NCBI GenBank assembly: GCA_038153405.1
Contig: JAYOYH010000054.1
Coordinates: forward strand, 15,404-29,780
Source: Gemmatimonadota bacterium
GTDB taxonomy: Bacteria > Latescibacterota > UBA2968 > UBA8231
Direction: 5' to 3'
Length of the DNA: 14,377 nucleotides
The notes under the pieces were generated by a model. The model made no database searches. It saw nothing but the letters and a program-made list of their open reading frames with translations, and had not been told where the DNA came from. Each line of letters begins with the position of its first letter. Within the stretch, counting starts at the first letter, position 1. The translations under genes were made by a program, and so were the position numbers. Below, in pieces: positions 1 through 7,776 of the stretch.

Positions 1-1501
1 TTTCCGGAGCAGGTTCAGATACTGCATCCGCAGCGCTTTCAGATACCGTTTCCGCAGCGCTTTCAGATACTGCATCCGCAGTTACATCCGCAGCGCTTTC
101 AGATACCGTTTCCGCAGCGCTTTCAGATACTGCATCCGCAGCGCTTTCAGACACTGCATCCGCAGCGCTTTCAGATACCGTTTCCGCAGCGCTTTCTGGA
201 GTCTTGACTACTGCTTTGGCAGGATCGACGATAACGTCGATATCAGGACCGTGCTCGGATAGAAAAGTTTCGGCCGCTGTCCGCAAATTGCGCGCAGCCT
301 CTTCATTGTCAAGGCCGGGAACGGTCTTGAGCAACTCCAGCGTCGACTCGGCCACCGAGCGAATGGAATCAAAACCCGAGGTTGCTAGACTCAGGGCAAT
401 TAGTTCGCTAACCCCGGGAATCTTGCGCAACAACTGCTGTATCAATTCTTGCTTGGCGCGGCGCAGCTGGTACTGAGCATCGGTGATGATATCCAGCCCC
501 CACCCAGTTAACTGCACGGCAAGGCGCGAGTTCTGGCCTGACTTGCCAATGGCTAACGAAAGTTGGTCTTCATCCACTAATACGGTGGCGTGCTTGCGAC
601 GATTGTCCGTTATCACGCGCGAAACATCGGCCGGGCTGAGGGCGCGGGCGATGAAAATTTGCGGTTCGTCGATCCACGGGACGATGTCAATGCGCTCTCC
701 GCTGAGTTCGCGGACAACGGTCTGCACGCGCGACCCCTTGACGCCAACACAGGCGCCAACTGGATCAACCCGCTCATCGGATGAGCTGACGGAGATCTTG
801 GCCCGTTCGCCCGGTTCCCGCGCCACGCCGTGGATTTTGACGATACCTTCGGCTATTTCCGGCACCTCAATGGAGAACAGCTTGCGCAAAAACTCAGGGT
901 GGGCGCGCGAAAGCAGCACCTGCGGACCGCGACTGGACTTCAGCACTTCATAGATATAGCCGCGCACGGCGTCTCCCTGACGGTAGCGCTCACGGCGAAT
1001 TTGCTCCTTATAGGGAATGGCCGCCTCTGCCCTGCCCAAGTTCAGCACGATATCGCCGTGACTAATCTGCTGGACCGTGCCCGACTCCAACACGCCAACG
1101 CGCCCAATAAACTCTTCGTAAATGCGCTCGCGTTCGGCCTCGCGCACGCGCTGTATAAGAATTTGCTTGGCCGTTTGTATCGCATTGCGACCAAAGTCCG
1201 CGAAATTGAGCTTCTGCACGACAACGCTGCCGATCTGGGCTGTCTCGTCAATTTCGCGCGCATCGTCCAGGGATACTTCCAAGCCGGGCTCTTCGACTTC
1301 TTCGACGACGTTGAGGTGCGCCACGACTTCCATCGTTCCCGTATTCGCATCAACCTGGGCAAAGTAGTTTTCGGAATTGCCATACCGCCTTTTGGCGGCA
1401 GATACCAAGGCGTCCTTCAGCGTTTGCACAACCATCTCGCGGTCGACGTTTTTCTCTCGAGCAATTTGGCCAAGCGCCTCTACGATGCTCAAATTGGTCA
1501 T
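1..1501 (-). CDS. nusA: Transcription termination/antitermination factor NusA (3' end runs off the window)
   Basis: Manual translation from ATG at 1501: MTNLSIVEALGQIAREKNVDREMV..., KH motifs DPVGACVGVKGSRVQTVVRELSGERIDIV and LSLAIGKSGQNSRLA..LTGW, then an HhH-like segment (KIPGVSE...TVPGL). Lies directly downstream of rimP, the canonical synteny. No stop seen in the portions translated; absent from the ORF track. Confidence 0.97.
   Translation of the reverse strand, partial: MTNLSIVEALGQIAREKNVDREMVVQTLKDALVSAAKRRYGNSENYFAQVDANTGTMEVVAHLNVVEEVEEPGLEVSLDDAREIDETAQIGSVVVQKLNFADFGRNAIQTAKQILIQRVREAERERIYEEFIGRVGVLESGTVQQISHGDIVLNLGRAEAAIPYKEQIRRERYRQGDAVRGYIYEVLKSSRGPQVLLSRAHPEFLRKLFSIEVPEIAEGIVKIHGVAREPGERAKISVSSSDERVDPVGACVGVKGSRVQTVVRELSGERIDIVPWIDEPQIFIARALSPADVSRVITDNRRKHATVLVDEDQLSLAIGKSGQNSRLAVQLTGWGLDIITDAQYQLRRAKQELIQQLLRKIPGVSELIALSLATSGFDSIRSVAESTLELLKTVPGLDNEEAARNLRTAAETFLSEHGPDIDVIVDPAKAVVKTPESAAETVSESAADAVSESAADAVSESAAETVSESAADVTADAVSESAAETVSESAADAVSEPAPE
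14..196 (-). repeat. 24-bp coding tandem repeat, about 7 units, encoding ESAA(D/E)(A/T)VS in the NusA C-terminal tail
   Basis: Plus-strand units tccgcagcgctttcagatactgca and tccgcagcgctttcagataccgtt. Translation: ESAAETVS ESAADAVS ESAADAVS ESAAETVS ESAADVTADAVS ESAAETVS ESAADAVS EPAPE. Confidence 0.95.
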
Positions 1502-1505
1502 CTTT

Positions 1506-1546
1506 TAAACCCTATCCCTTGATTGATAAACCTATCCCTTAGTTGA
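1506..1546. repeat. Imperfect 20-21 bp tandem duplication spanning the rimP stop and the nusA ribosome-binding region
   Basis: taaaccctatcccttgattga (1506-1526) is followed by taaacctatcccttagttga (1527-1546). Confidence 0.8.
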
Positions 1547-2020
1547 TCTAAACTCGGCTTCAATGGTAGCTTTAGCTATTTCCGAACGCTGAACCCGATC
1601 GCGCTCTCCGCCTTTGCGTTCGACCCACAAAAGGGTTGAGTCCCATTCGACGAGGCGTCCGCCATAGTTTTTCCCCGACGCCATAACGACTTTGAGCAGG
1701 CGTCCATTTGCCCGCGCAAAATCCCCGTCGGTAACCAGTGGTCGATCGAGTCCAGGCGATGTAACCTCGAGTCGATAGCGCCCAGGCAGCGGATCCTCAA
1801 GATCGAGAAAGTCGGCCACCTCTCGGCTAATGGCTTCGCACTCGGCCAGCGAAACGCCCGGTTCCTTATGGACCAGCAGGCGCAGAGTGGGCTGCGAATG
1901 GCTACCCGCGATCTCCACGTCGACCAAAACCGCCTCGTGGTCCTGCACGATGGGTTCCAGTTGAGACTGCAGCGCACGCCTGAGTTGATCCGTTTCAGGG
2001 GAAACTAATTTTTTACCCAT
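1532..2020 (-). CDS. rimP: Ribosome maturation factor RimP
   Basis: Motifs GVSLAECEAISREVADFLDLEDP..GRYRLEVTSPGLDRPL and position upstream of nusA. Start placed at ATG 2020 because the track start at 2047 falls inside the leader hairpin. Confidence 0.95.
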   Translation of the reverse strand: MGKKLVSPETDQLRRALQSQLEPIVQDHEAVLVDVEIAGSHSQPTLRLLVHKEPGVSLAECEAISREVADFLDLEDPLPGRYRLEVTSPGLDRPLVTDGDFARANGRLLKVVMASGKNYGGRLVEWDSTLLWVERKGGERDRVQRSEIAKATIEAEFRSTKG

Positions 2021-2024
2021 TATG

Positions 2025-2049
2025 AAAAAAGCGGGCCTGTGGCCCACTT
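2025..2049 (-). promoter_or_regulatory. rimP-leader-like hairpin with U-tract (putative attenuator)
   Basis: Minus strand AAGTGGGCC-ACA-GGCCCGCTT-TTTT: a 9-bp stem with one G-U pair, running into a 6-U tract, immediately 5' of rimP. Resembles the GTGGGC...GCCCAC-T-rich element widely seen upstream of rimP-nusA-infB. Confidence 0.75.
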
Positions 2050-2056
2050 ACCTATT

Positions 2057-2085
2057 AAGATATGGAACCGTACAATTTCTGGCAA
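2057..2085 (-). promoter_or_regulatory. Sigma70-type promoter for rimP-nusA
   Basis: Minus strand TTGCCA (2085-2080), 17-nt spacer, TATCTT (2062-2057); predicts a start site near 2050. Confidence 0.7.
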
Positions 2086-2140
2086 GATCGATTTAGGAAA
2101 GCAGATAAATAACGAGAGAAACTCGCTTTTGCGCAAGCAC

Positions 2141-2632
2141 TTAGAGTTTTTCCAGTATGGCCTTCAACTCGCTGCGCACATCGGCCAGGACGCGCTGTAT
2201 TTGTCCATTATCGTTCGCAGAGGAGGACGTATGGCGCACGCCCCCACCATGCTCCCCATCGCTTTCCGATGCATCGGCGGGATCTACCTTTCTTACCTGC
2301 GCAGCGTCGGCAGCGCTTTCGCCCGCTGGGACTGGATTTGCCGGATTGTCCTCTGGCGGCACAAAGGTCGTTATTTGCAGCAGTTCGGGTTCGTTCTTCA
2401 GCTTTTGCTTGACCCCTTTAGTCGTGTAGCCCTCCTCGTAGAGCAGTTGCTTAATAAGTTGTATTATGCCGATGTCGCGCTCGCGGTAGGCGCGATTTTT
2501 CCCCCGGGCGCGGCGAGGCCTCAGGCAAGAGAACTCCTTTTCCCAGGCTCTAAGGGTATAGGGCTGCAGATCCGTAATATCAGCCACTTCGCTAATGCTG
2601 TAGTAGATTTTTGTTCCCAGAGCATTTTTCAC
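2141..2632 (-). CDS. MerR-family HTH transcriptional regulator (no metal-binding C-terminal domain)
   Basis: KIYYSISEVADITDLQPYTLRAWEKEF..LRPRR..GKNRAYRERDI...IKQLLYEEGYTTKG is a MerR winged HTH. It is followed by a low-complexity linker and a terminal amphipathic helix. GTG start 4 nt after the der stop. Confidence 0.88.
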   Translation of the reverse strand: MKNALGTKIYYSISEVADITDLQPYTLRAWEKEFSCLRPRRARGKNRAYRERDIGIIQLIKQLLYEEGYTTKGVKQKLKNEPELLQITTFVPPEDNPANPVPAGESAADAAQVRKVDPADASESDGEHGGGVRHTSSSANDNGQIQRVLADVRSELKAILEKL

Positions 2633-2636
2633 AACA

Positions 2637-4007
2637 CTACCCTCGCGTTGTCTTTGCCTCGCTGCGTTTGCGCCAAAGAATCCTCAGTGGAGTCCCTTCA
2701 AAACCAAAATATTCGCGCAACCGATTTTCCATGTAGCGCTTATAGGGTTCGGGCAGCAGCTGGGGCAGATTCGAAAAAATAGTAAATACAGGCGGTTTTA
2801 CCGCGTGTTGTGTCGCGTATAAGAGGCGAATATCCCTGCCGTCTTTAGCCGGTGGATGTTGGGCATAGGTCTCTCTCAGCATGCGGTTGAGCTGCGATGT
2901 GCTAATTCGTTGCATTCGATTGTTGCCAACCCGAGCAACGGCTTCTAAACAGCGGCTCACCCTTCGCCCGGTCAAAGCAGAAATAAAGACAGTGGGATAG
3001 TCGCGCAGAAAGGGATAGCGGTCGTGCAAATCGTCGCGATAGACTTCGGCCCCCTCGCCGCGTGCGTCTTCTATATCCCACTTATTTACCGCCACGACCA
3101 TACCACACCCCGATTCGATAACCCGTTCCATAATGCGGGCTTCCTGCATAACGGCTCCTTCGACGGCGTCTAGCAACACGATGACCACATCGGCTCCCTC
3201 AATGCTACTAAACGCCCTGCGACCGCTGTAGAATTCAATGGAGTCGTCGACTTTGGTCCGCCTGCGCAAACCGGCCGTATCCATTAATAGCAGCTGGGTT
3301 TCGCGCCAACTCAAGCGAATTTGCGTTGTATCGCGCGTAGTACCGGGCTGGTCATGCACGATGGATACTTGCTGGCCCGCCAGTCGATTAATCAGCGTCG
3401 ATTTGCCGACGTTGGGACGACCGGCCAGCGCCACCTTTATCAGATCGGTCTCTTCCTCACCCGCCATCTCACCTTCGGGAAAGAGGGCTAGCATCGCGTC
3501 CAATAAGTCGCCCGACCGCCGGCCCGTTGCGGCCGATACGGGAAAAGGATCGCCCAAGCCAAGTGAATAAAAATCGTCGAGGCGCCGCTCGCTGTTCATA
3601 TTGTCGGCCTTGTTGACAATCAGCAGCTTGGGGTGAGGCAATTTGCGCAGATGCTCGGCGACGTTGCGATCCAAATCCGTGACGCCGGTCTGCACATCGC
3701 AGACTTGCACTAAGACATCCGCCTCGGCAACGGCGATCTCGACCTGATCGCGCACGGCCTGTTCGATTGCGTCGTCCGAATCGCGCACATACCCACCGGT
3801 GTCGACGAGTGTAAAGTGCTTGCCCGACCATTCGATTGGAGCAAATATGCGATCGCGCGTAACGCCGGATAAGTCGTCAGTGATGGCCATTCGACTGCCA
3901 ATCAGGCGGTTAAAAAGAGTCGATTTCCCGACATTGGGCCGCCCAACAATGGCGACGATAGGGCGTGCGCGCGCGACGACCTGCGGCCATATTTGCGTTT
4001 CTTCCAT
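2637..4007 (-). CDS. der: Ribosome biogenesis GTPase Der (EngA)
   Basis: Two tandem G domains: GRPNVGKS twice, VTRD/TTRD, DTGG/DTAG, NKAD/NKWD. C-terminal KH-like domain Y.RYMENRLRE.FGFEGTP. Confidence 0.98.
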   Translation of the reverse strand: MEETQIWPQVVARARPIVAIVGRPNVGKSTLFNRLIGSRMAITDDLSGVTRDRIFAPIEWSGKHFTLVDTGGYVRDSDDAIEQAVRDQVEIAVAEADVLVQVCDVQTGVTDLDRNVAEHLRKLPHPKLLIVNKADNMNSERRLDDFYSLGLGDPFPVSAATGRRSGDLLDAMLALFPEGEMAGEEETDLIKVALAGRPNVGKSTLINRLAGQQVSIVHDQPGTTRDTTQIRLSWRETQLLLMDTAGLRRRTKVDDSIEFYSGRRAFSSIEGADVVIVLLDAVEGAVMQEARIMERVIESGCGMVVAVNKWDIEDARGEGAEVYRDDLHDRYPFLRDYPTVFISALTGRRVSRCLEAVARVGNNRMQRISTSQLNRMLRETYAQHPPAKDGRDIRLLYATQHAVKPPVFTIFSNLPQLLPEPYKRYMENRLREYFGFEGTPLRILWRKRSEAKTTRG

Positions 4008-5368
4008 TATTCCCTTCGCCCCACGTAGTAGCCCAGTTCCGAAAGCTGTCGCCCCTGGCCGAGCCGCTGCCCTTGTGCCGACAGTATGTAATCTCTCAAT
4101 GATTGCGCTAAATCGTACTCCCCAACGTAGAGGGGCATTCCCACGCGCCCAGCTAGCTGCTCGACGGTGCAGTCATCGAGAGTCACCCCCTGCCCGTTGA
4201 TGCAGTTGGGCGGAAGAAATACGGCGTCATAGGGCCGCTGAGCATCCTCTAAACGACGGCAGATATCTTGCCCTGTCAGCAAGCCGGAAACGGTGATACC
4301 GCGGCCAAAAAAATCGTTTTCAACGACGACCAAGTCGGCCTGCACCCCATCGATAGCATTGATTTGATTGGCGATGCCCTCCATAAATGACGCGGCAAGA
4401 ACGCCCGTAACGAGGGCAATATGCGCAGGCTTTGAGTCCAAATGAAGCAGGTCATCCCTACCGGCAGCCCAGGTATCGAGGAAAGACCGCACCATGCCAA
4501 TGCCGTTTTCCAACTGGGGAAAAGCATCGTAATAGGCAACCGAGGGTAGCCCAACCCGCGACGATATAAACAGTTCGTCTGATGCATACACAAAGCGCTC
4601 ACCTATTTCTGCGCGAAACTGCTCGCCCCAGCCCTCTGCCTGCTCGACGTAAGACCGAGCCAAGGATTCCGTTACGGGTTCCAGGCTAGGCAGCTCTTCG
4701 CGAAATTTGGTCAGCCCTACCGGCACCAGCGCAACGGAGCGAACCGCCGGATAGAATCTCCGCAGATCATGCACCGTGCGCTCCAAGTGCGCTCCGTCGT
4801 TCCACCCGGGACACACCACAACCTGGGTGTGCATTTCAATGCCGCCGTCTGCCAACTTTTTTAAGCGCTCCATGATGTCGACAGTGGCCCTTTTGCGACC
4901 GAGCATTTTCATGCGCAAATCGGGCTCTGTTGCATGCACCGATATATACTGCGGCGTGAGGCCCTGTTCGATAATTCTATCCAGATCGCGATCTTTGACA
5001 TTGGTCAGCGTTACGTACGAACCGTGCAGGAAAGACAGGCGAAAGTCGTCGTCCTCAAAGTAGAGGCTCTTGCGCAGGCCTTTGGGCATTTGATGTATAA
5101 AGCAGAATACGCATTTGTTGTTGCAATTGCGCAGACGCAATTCTTCAAATTCAATACCAAACGAATCGCCGACAGCGCGTTCGATATCGACCTCGTAGAC
5201 TTCGCCATCGCGCTCCACTTCAAAACAGAGAAATTCTTCGGCGCTCTGCACTTGAAAATCGAGTAGATCGGCTGTTTTTCGCCCATTTATACTGAGAATT
5301 TTGTCCCCAGGACACAGCCCGCTGCGCTCACCCAACTCGCCAGTGGCCAGCTCTTTTACGACGATCAT
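4007..5368 (-). CDS. DUF512 family protein: N-terminal PDZ-like domain plus radical-SAM-like Fe-S domain
   Basis: PDZ-like GLCPGDKILSING, CxxxCxxC motif (CNNKCVFC), FIHQMPKGLRKSLY..DDDFRLSFLHGSYVTLTN, QLENGIG, VSGLLTGQD. Stop overlaps the der start (TAATG). Confidence 0.9.
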   Translation of the reverse strand: MIVVKELATGELGERSGLCPGDKILSINGRKTADLLDFQVQSAEEFLCFEVERDGEVYEVDIERAVGDSFGIEFEELRLRNCNNKCVFCFIHQMPKGLRKSLYFEDDDFRLSFLHGSYVTLTNVKDRDLDRIIEQGLTPQYISVHATEPDLRMKMLGRKRATVDIMERLKKLADGGIEMHTQVVVCPGWNDGAHLERTVHDLRRFYPAVRSVALVPVGLTKFREELPSLEPVTESLARSYVEQAEGWGEQFRAEIGERFVYASDELFISSRVGLPSVAYYDAFPQLENGIGMVRSFLDTWAAGRDDLLHLDSKPAHIALVTGVLAASFMEGIANQINAIDGVQADLVVVENDFFGRGITVSGLLTGQDICRRLEDAQRPYDAVFLPPNCINGQGVTLDDCTVEQLAGRVGMPLYVGEYDLAQSLRDYILSAQGQRLGQGRQLSELGYYVGRRE

Positions 5369-6489
5369 AGTTCGCCTCGAATGCGCAGTTTGAGCGTATT
5401 AGCCGTAGTTTGGCGAATGGTCAATTGAAACGGATCCATGCCCCTACCAACCAACTGACGAGCGAGCTCAAATCCGGACTTTGAGCCCTTCACATCGTAC
5501 ACGGCTACCCCGTCGATTACGCTGCGCCGATGCAGGGGGTGGGCCGCTCCCATCGCCTCAACGAGGAGTTGTTCAACGCGCTGCAGATCCGCATCGGCAA
5601 GATCTATTACGACCCGTACGAGGCGATGAGAAAATGCTTTTTGGCGCCAATTTTCAACCAGATCAGCTACCAGTAGCCCCGACAGACGACCTACCCCTCC
5701 CTTAAGTGCTTTAAGGCGCGCGCCCTCTTCGCTGCTGGCGGCTGCGCGCACCGTCACACCATGCGACGAAAACACTTCGCCCGAATCGCTCCAAAGCGCT
5801 TCGCCAGTAATATGGGCACTAGCAGAAAAAAGCCCTAAATCTCCCAGCGATGTGGTAGAAAACGGGAGGCTTCCCCCCGTGCGCAGTTGGATCGTAGCAG
5901 CAGCAATGACCACGATATCGGCACCATTTTCCACGCCATGGCGGCGATAGTCCGCTGCGCTGTACCCCATCACCCCCTCCCCCGTCACCATGAGATTCAT
6001 CTGGTCACTCACCTCGGCTAAGGCCGAGCGCATCAAGAGCGCCAGTTCAACATTCTCCGCCTCCCCTTGCGGTGCCAGGCAGAGGATATAGGGATTCCCC
6101 GCTTGTTCAAGGAGAATATCAATCGAATCCAATCTTTTCTGTAAGGCACCCAATTCGACGGTTGCGTCCACTTTAACAAAATAGGTATTGCGGTCGCGGT
6201 CGCCCTGTTCGACGATTTCGTATGAACGCACGTAGCCAGCGGTAGCGGTGTATATATTGTCCTCTATCGCCATGAAATTTTCCACGCGCGTATGAGCCGA
6301 CAGCAAAACGCCCACTCCTTCTTCTACTGCTTGGCGCAGCGCGGCGCGCTTGGCCTCGTCAAATGCGGCGGCACGATCACCCGCGACAATGGCGCCTAAC
6401 CCCTCAGCCTGTATGCGAGAAATAGAATCGGCCAACAGGGTTATGGGAGCAAAGAACACACAGATCAGCAGCACCATGCCGGCGGCCAT
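5365..6489 (-). CDS. Exported protein with FlgT N-terminal-like (LPP20-like) domain, function unknown
   Basis: Hydrophobic N-terminal signal, then AEGLGAI..GDRAAAFDEAKRAALRQAVEEGVGV...HTRVENF..IEDNI...AGYVRSYEIVEQ, which resembles FlgT_N. Start and stop overlap both neighbours. Confidence 0.65.
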   Translation of the reverse strand: MAAGMVLLICVFFAPITLLADSISRIQAEGLGAIVAGDRAAAFDEAKRAALRQAVEEGVGVLLSAHTRVENFMAIEDNIYTATAGYVRSYEIVEQGDRDRNTYFVKVDATVELGALQKRLDSIDILLEQAGNPYILCLAPQGEAENVELALLMRSALAEVSDQMNLMVTGEGVMGYSAADYRRHGVENGADIVVIAAATIQLRTGGSLPFSTTSLGDLGLFSASAHITGEALWSDSGEVFSSHGVTVRAAASSEEGARLKALKGGVGRLSGLLVADLVENWRQKAFSHRLVRVVIDLADADLQRVEQLLVEAMGAAHPLHRRSVIDGVAVYDVKGSKSGFELARQLVGRGMDPFQLTIRQTTANTLKLRIRGEL

Positions 6490-7610
6490 TAGTACTCCAT
6501 GCGGAAGGAATTTTGCAATTCGCGCACGACCAGCAGCGCATCGGCCCCCGCAACCGGCGCATCTGGATCAAACAACCCGGTGCGCCGGTCTGTCACCTGG
6601 AGCAAGCCGCGCTCGACGCATACGGCAATTGCGTTGTAGGCATAGAAATCAGAGCGCACATCGGGGAAACGCGAGGGTTCGCCAACATAGCGAGTGGAAA
6701 GCGTGCGATCTCCGCTCAATAGGACGAGAATACCTTGGTTTACAAGGGCGTATTCGGCGCGCGAGATCGGCACATCGGGGCGAAAGGATCCGTCGGGCAA
6801 TATTTCGAGGCCATTCACCCCAAGGTCCAGCACTTTTTCAATCCAAGGTCGAGCCCAGGACGTTTCTATATCAGACGGCAGCGATCGGTTGGCATTTTCT
6901 ATACGACCCGCCGCCCCGCGCTTGCGCACGAGCTCCACCAATTTGAGCTCTTCTATCAGCAAGACGGCCAGTTCAGCGCGGGTTATTGCAGTCTTCAAGC
7001 CGATTGCTTGCCCCTGAGCAGATCCCGGGGTGGAGCGCTCGACCTTCTGAATGCGTTCGACTTCGGCCAGCGCCGGCTCAACCCACTCGCCGCGACCCAT
7101 TTCTAAAATGCGCTCTAACTTGCTTTGCGCCTGGGCCAAGTTGCCGGCCAACAGGTGCGCTTGAGCCCAGTACCAATACACGCTTCCCACCGTCGAATCG
7201 ATGCGTTCGGCTTCGGTAAAGGCGCGTTCGGCCTCGGCCAGCCAAGTCGACTGATCGCGCTTCCACTCGACGCCTTCGGCGCTGACAATGCGCCCCAGTG
7301 CGACATGGGCGTCGACAAATTTCCGATCGCGCCGCATAGCCTGCTCGACTTGCTGTCTGGCGCGATGATAATCTCCGCGCGCCAGTGCAACAAGGGCAAA
7401 GCCGACGTAGGAGCCGGGGAAGTCGCTATCGAGTTGCCGAGCGCGCTCAAAGCCCCGTTCTGCGGCGACAAAACGCCCCTCTTGCCAATCGACAAGGCCC
7501 TGCTGATAGTGATTAGTCGGCGTATCGAGGGGAGAGTTCCGTGCGATTTGGCGGGACCCGCATGCCAAAAAAAAGAGCGCCAACAACAGGAGGAAGGAAT
7601 GCGTTTTCAT
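6489..7610 (-). CDS. Lipoprotein with N-terminal TPR repeats and C-terminal S-layer homology (SLH) repeats
   Basis: Lipobox MKTHSFLLLLALFFLA-C. TPR-like helices (HYQQG...AERGFERARQLDSDF, YVGFALV, AHVALGRI). SLH motifs ITRAELA, SDI..SWARPWI.....G......DGSFRPDVPISRAEYA and FPDVRSDFYAYNAI..CVERG. Confidence 0.85.
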   Translation of the reverse strand: MKTHSFLLLLALFFLACGSRQIARNSPLDTPTNHYQQGLVDWQEGRFVAAERGFERARQLDSDFPGSYVGFALVALARGDYHRARQQVEQAMRRDRKFVDAHVALGRIVSAEGVEWKRDQSTWLAEAERAFTEAERIDSTVGSVYWYWAQAHLLAGNLAQAQSKLERILEMGRGEWVEPALAEVERIQKVERSTPGSAQGQAIGLKTAITRAELAVLLIEELKLVELVRKRGAAGRIENANRSLPSDIETSWARPWIEKVLDLGVNGLEILPDGSFRPDVPISRAEYALVNQGILVLLSGDRTLSTRYVGEPSRFPDVRSDFYAYNAIAVCVERGLLQVTDRRTGLFDPDAPVAGADALLVVRELQNSFRMEY

Positions 7611-7629
7611 AGGAGAGCAGGCAAAAAAA

Positions 7630-7704
7630 TGGAGCGGGAGACGGGAGTCGAACCCGCGACATCAGGCTTGGGAAGCCTGCGTTCTACCCCTGAACTACTC
7701 CCGC
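7630..7704 (-). tRNA. tRNA-Gly (anticodon CCC), CCA encoded
   Basis: GCGGGAG TA GTTC AGGGGTA GAAC G CAGGC TTCCCAA GCCTG ATGTC GCGGG TTCGACT CCCGT CTCCCGC T CCA folds into a complete 75-nt cloverleaf with a U73 discriminator. Confidence 0.98.
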
Positions 7705-7747
7705 TCACGTGGCCGAATCGCCAGCAAATATACTTAATTTAATAAAT

Positions 7748-7776
7748 AACCTAATCTTCCTATCTTCAACTGTCAA
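7748..7776 (-). promoter_or_regulatory. Sigma70-type promoter for tRNA-Gly and probably the downstream operon
   Basis: Perfect TTGACA (7776-7771, inside the last miaA codons), 17-nt spacer, TAGGTT (7753-7748). Confidence 0.7.

Noticed and set aside
14..196. Regular 24-bp repeats as a CRISPR array
   Set aside because: Units are contiguous with no unique spacers, are in frame within nusA, and no cas genes are present.
204..1522. Plus-strand ORFs 204-476, 483-953, 590-784, 830-1522, 1122-1367 and minus-strand ORF 1042-1383
   Set aside because: Antisense or off-frame shadows of nusA with no recognisable motifs.
2098..2130. Weak hairpin after the MerR gene as a terminator
   Set aside because: Short stem with G-U pairs and an interrupted U-tract; not supportable.
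2303..2320. ESAADA in the MerR linker matches the NusA repeat unit
   Set aside because: Six low-complexity residues with only about 10 nt of identity; probably coincidence.
7567..7574. T8 tract in the lipoprotein signal sequence as a phase-variation switch
   Set aside because: The tract is short, is explained by Phe-Phe-Leu codons, and the frame is intact.
7630..7704. tRNA-Gly as an integration site, or as a functional partner of adjacent miaA
   Set aside because: No duplicated tRNA 3' end or integrase is seen and the downstream genes look like core genes. MiaA needs A36-A37-A38, whereas this tRNA has C36.
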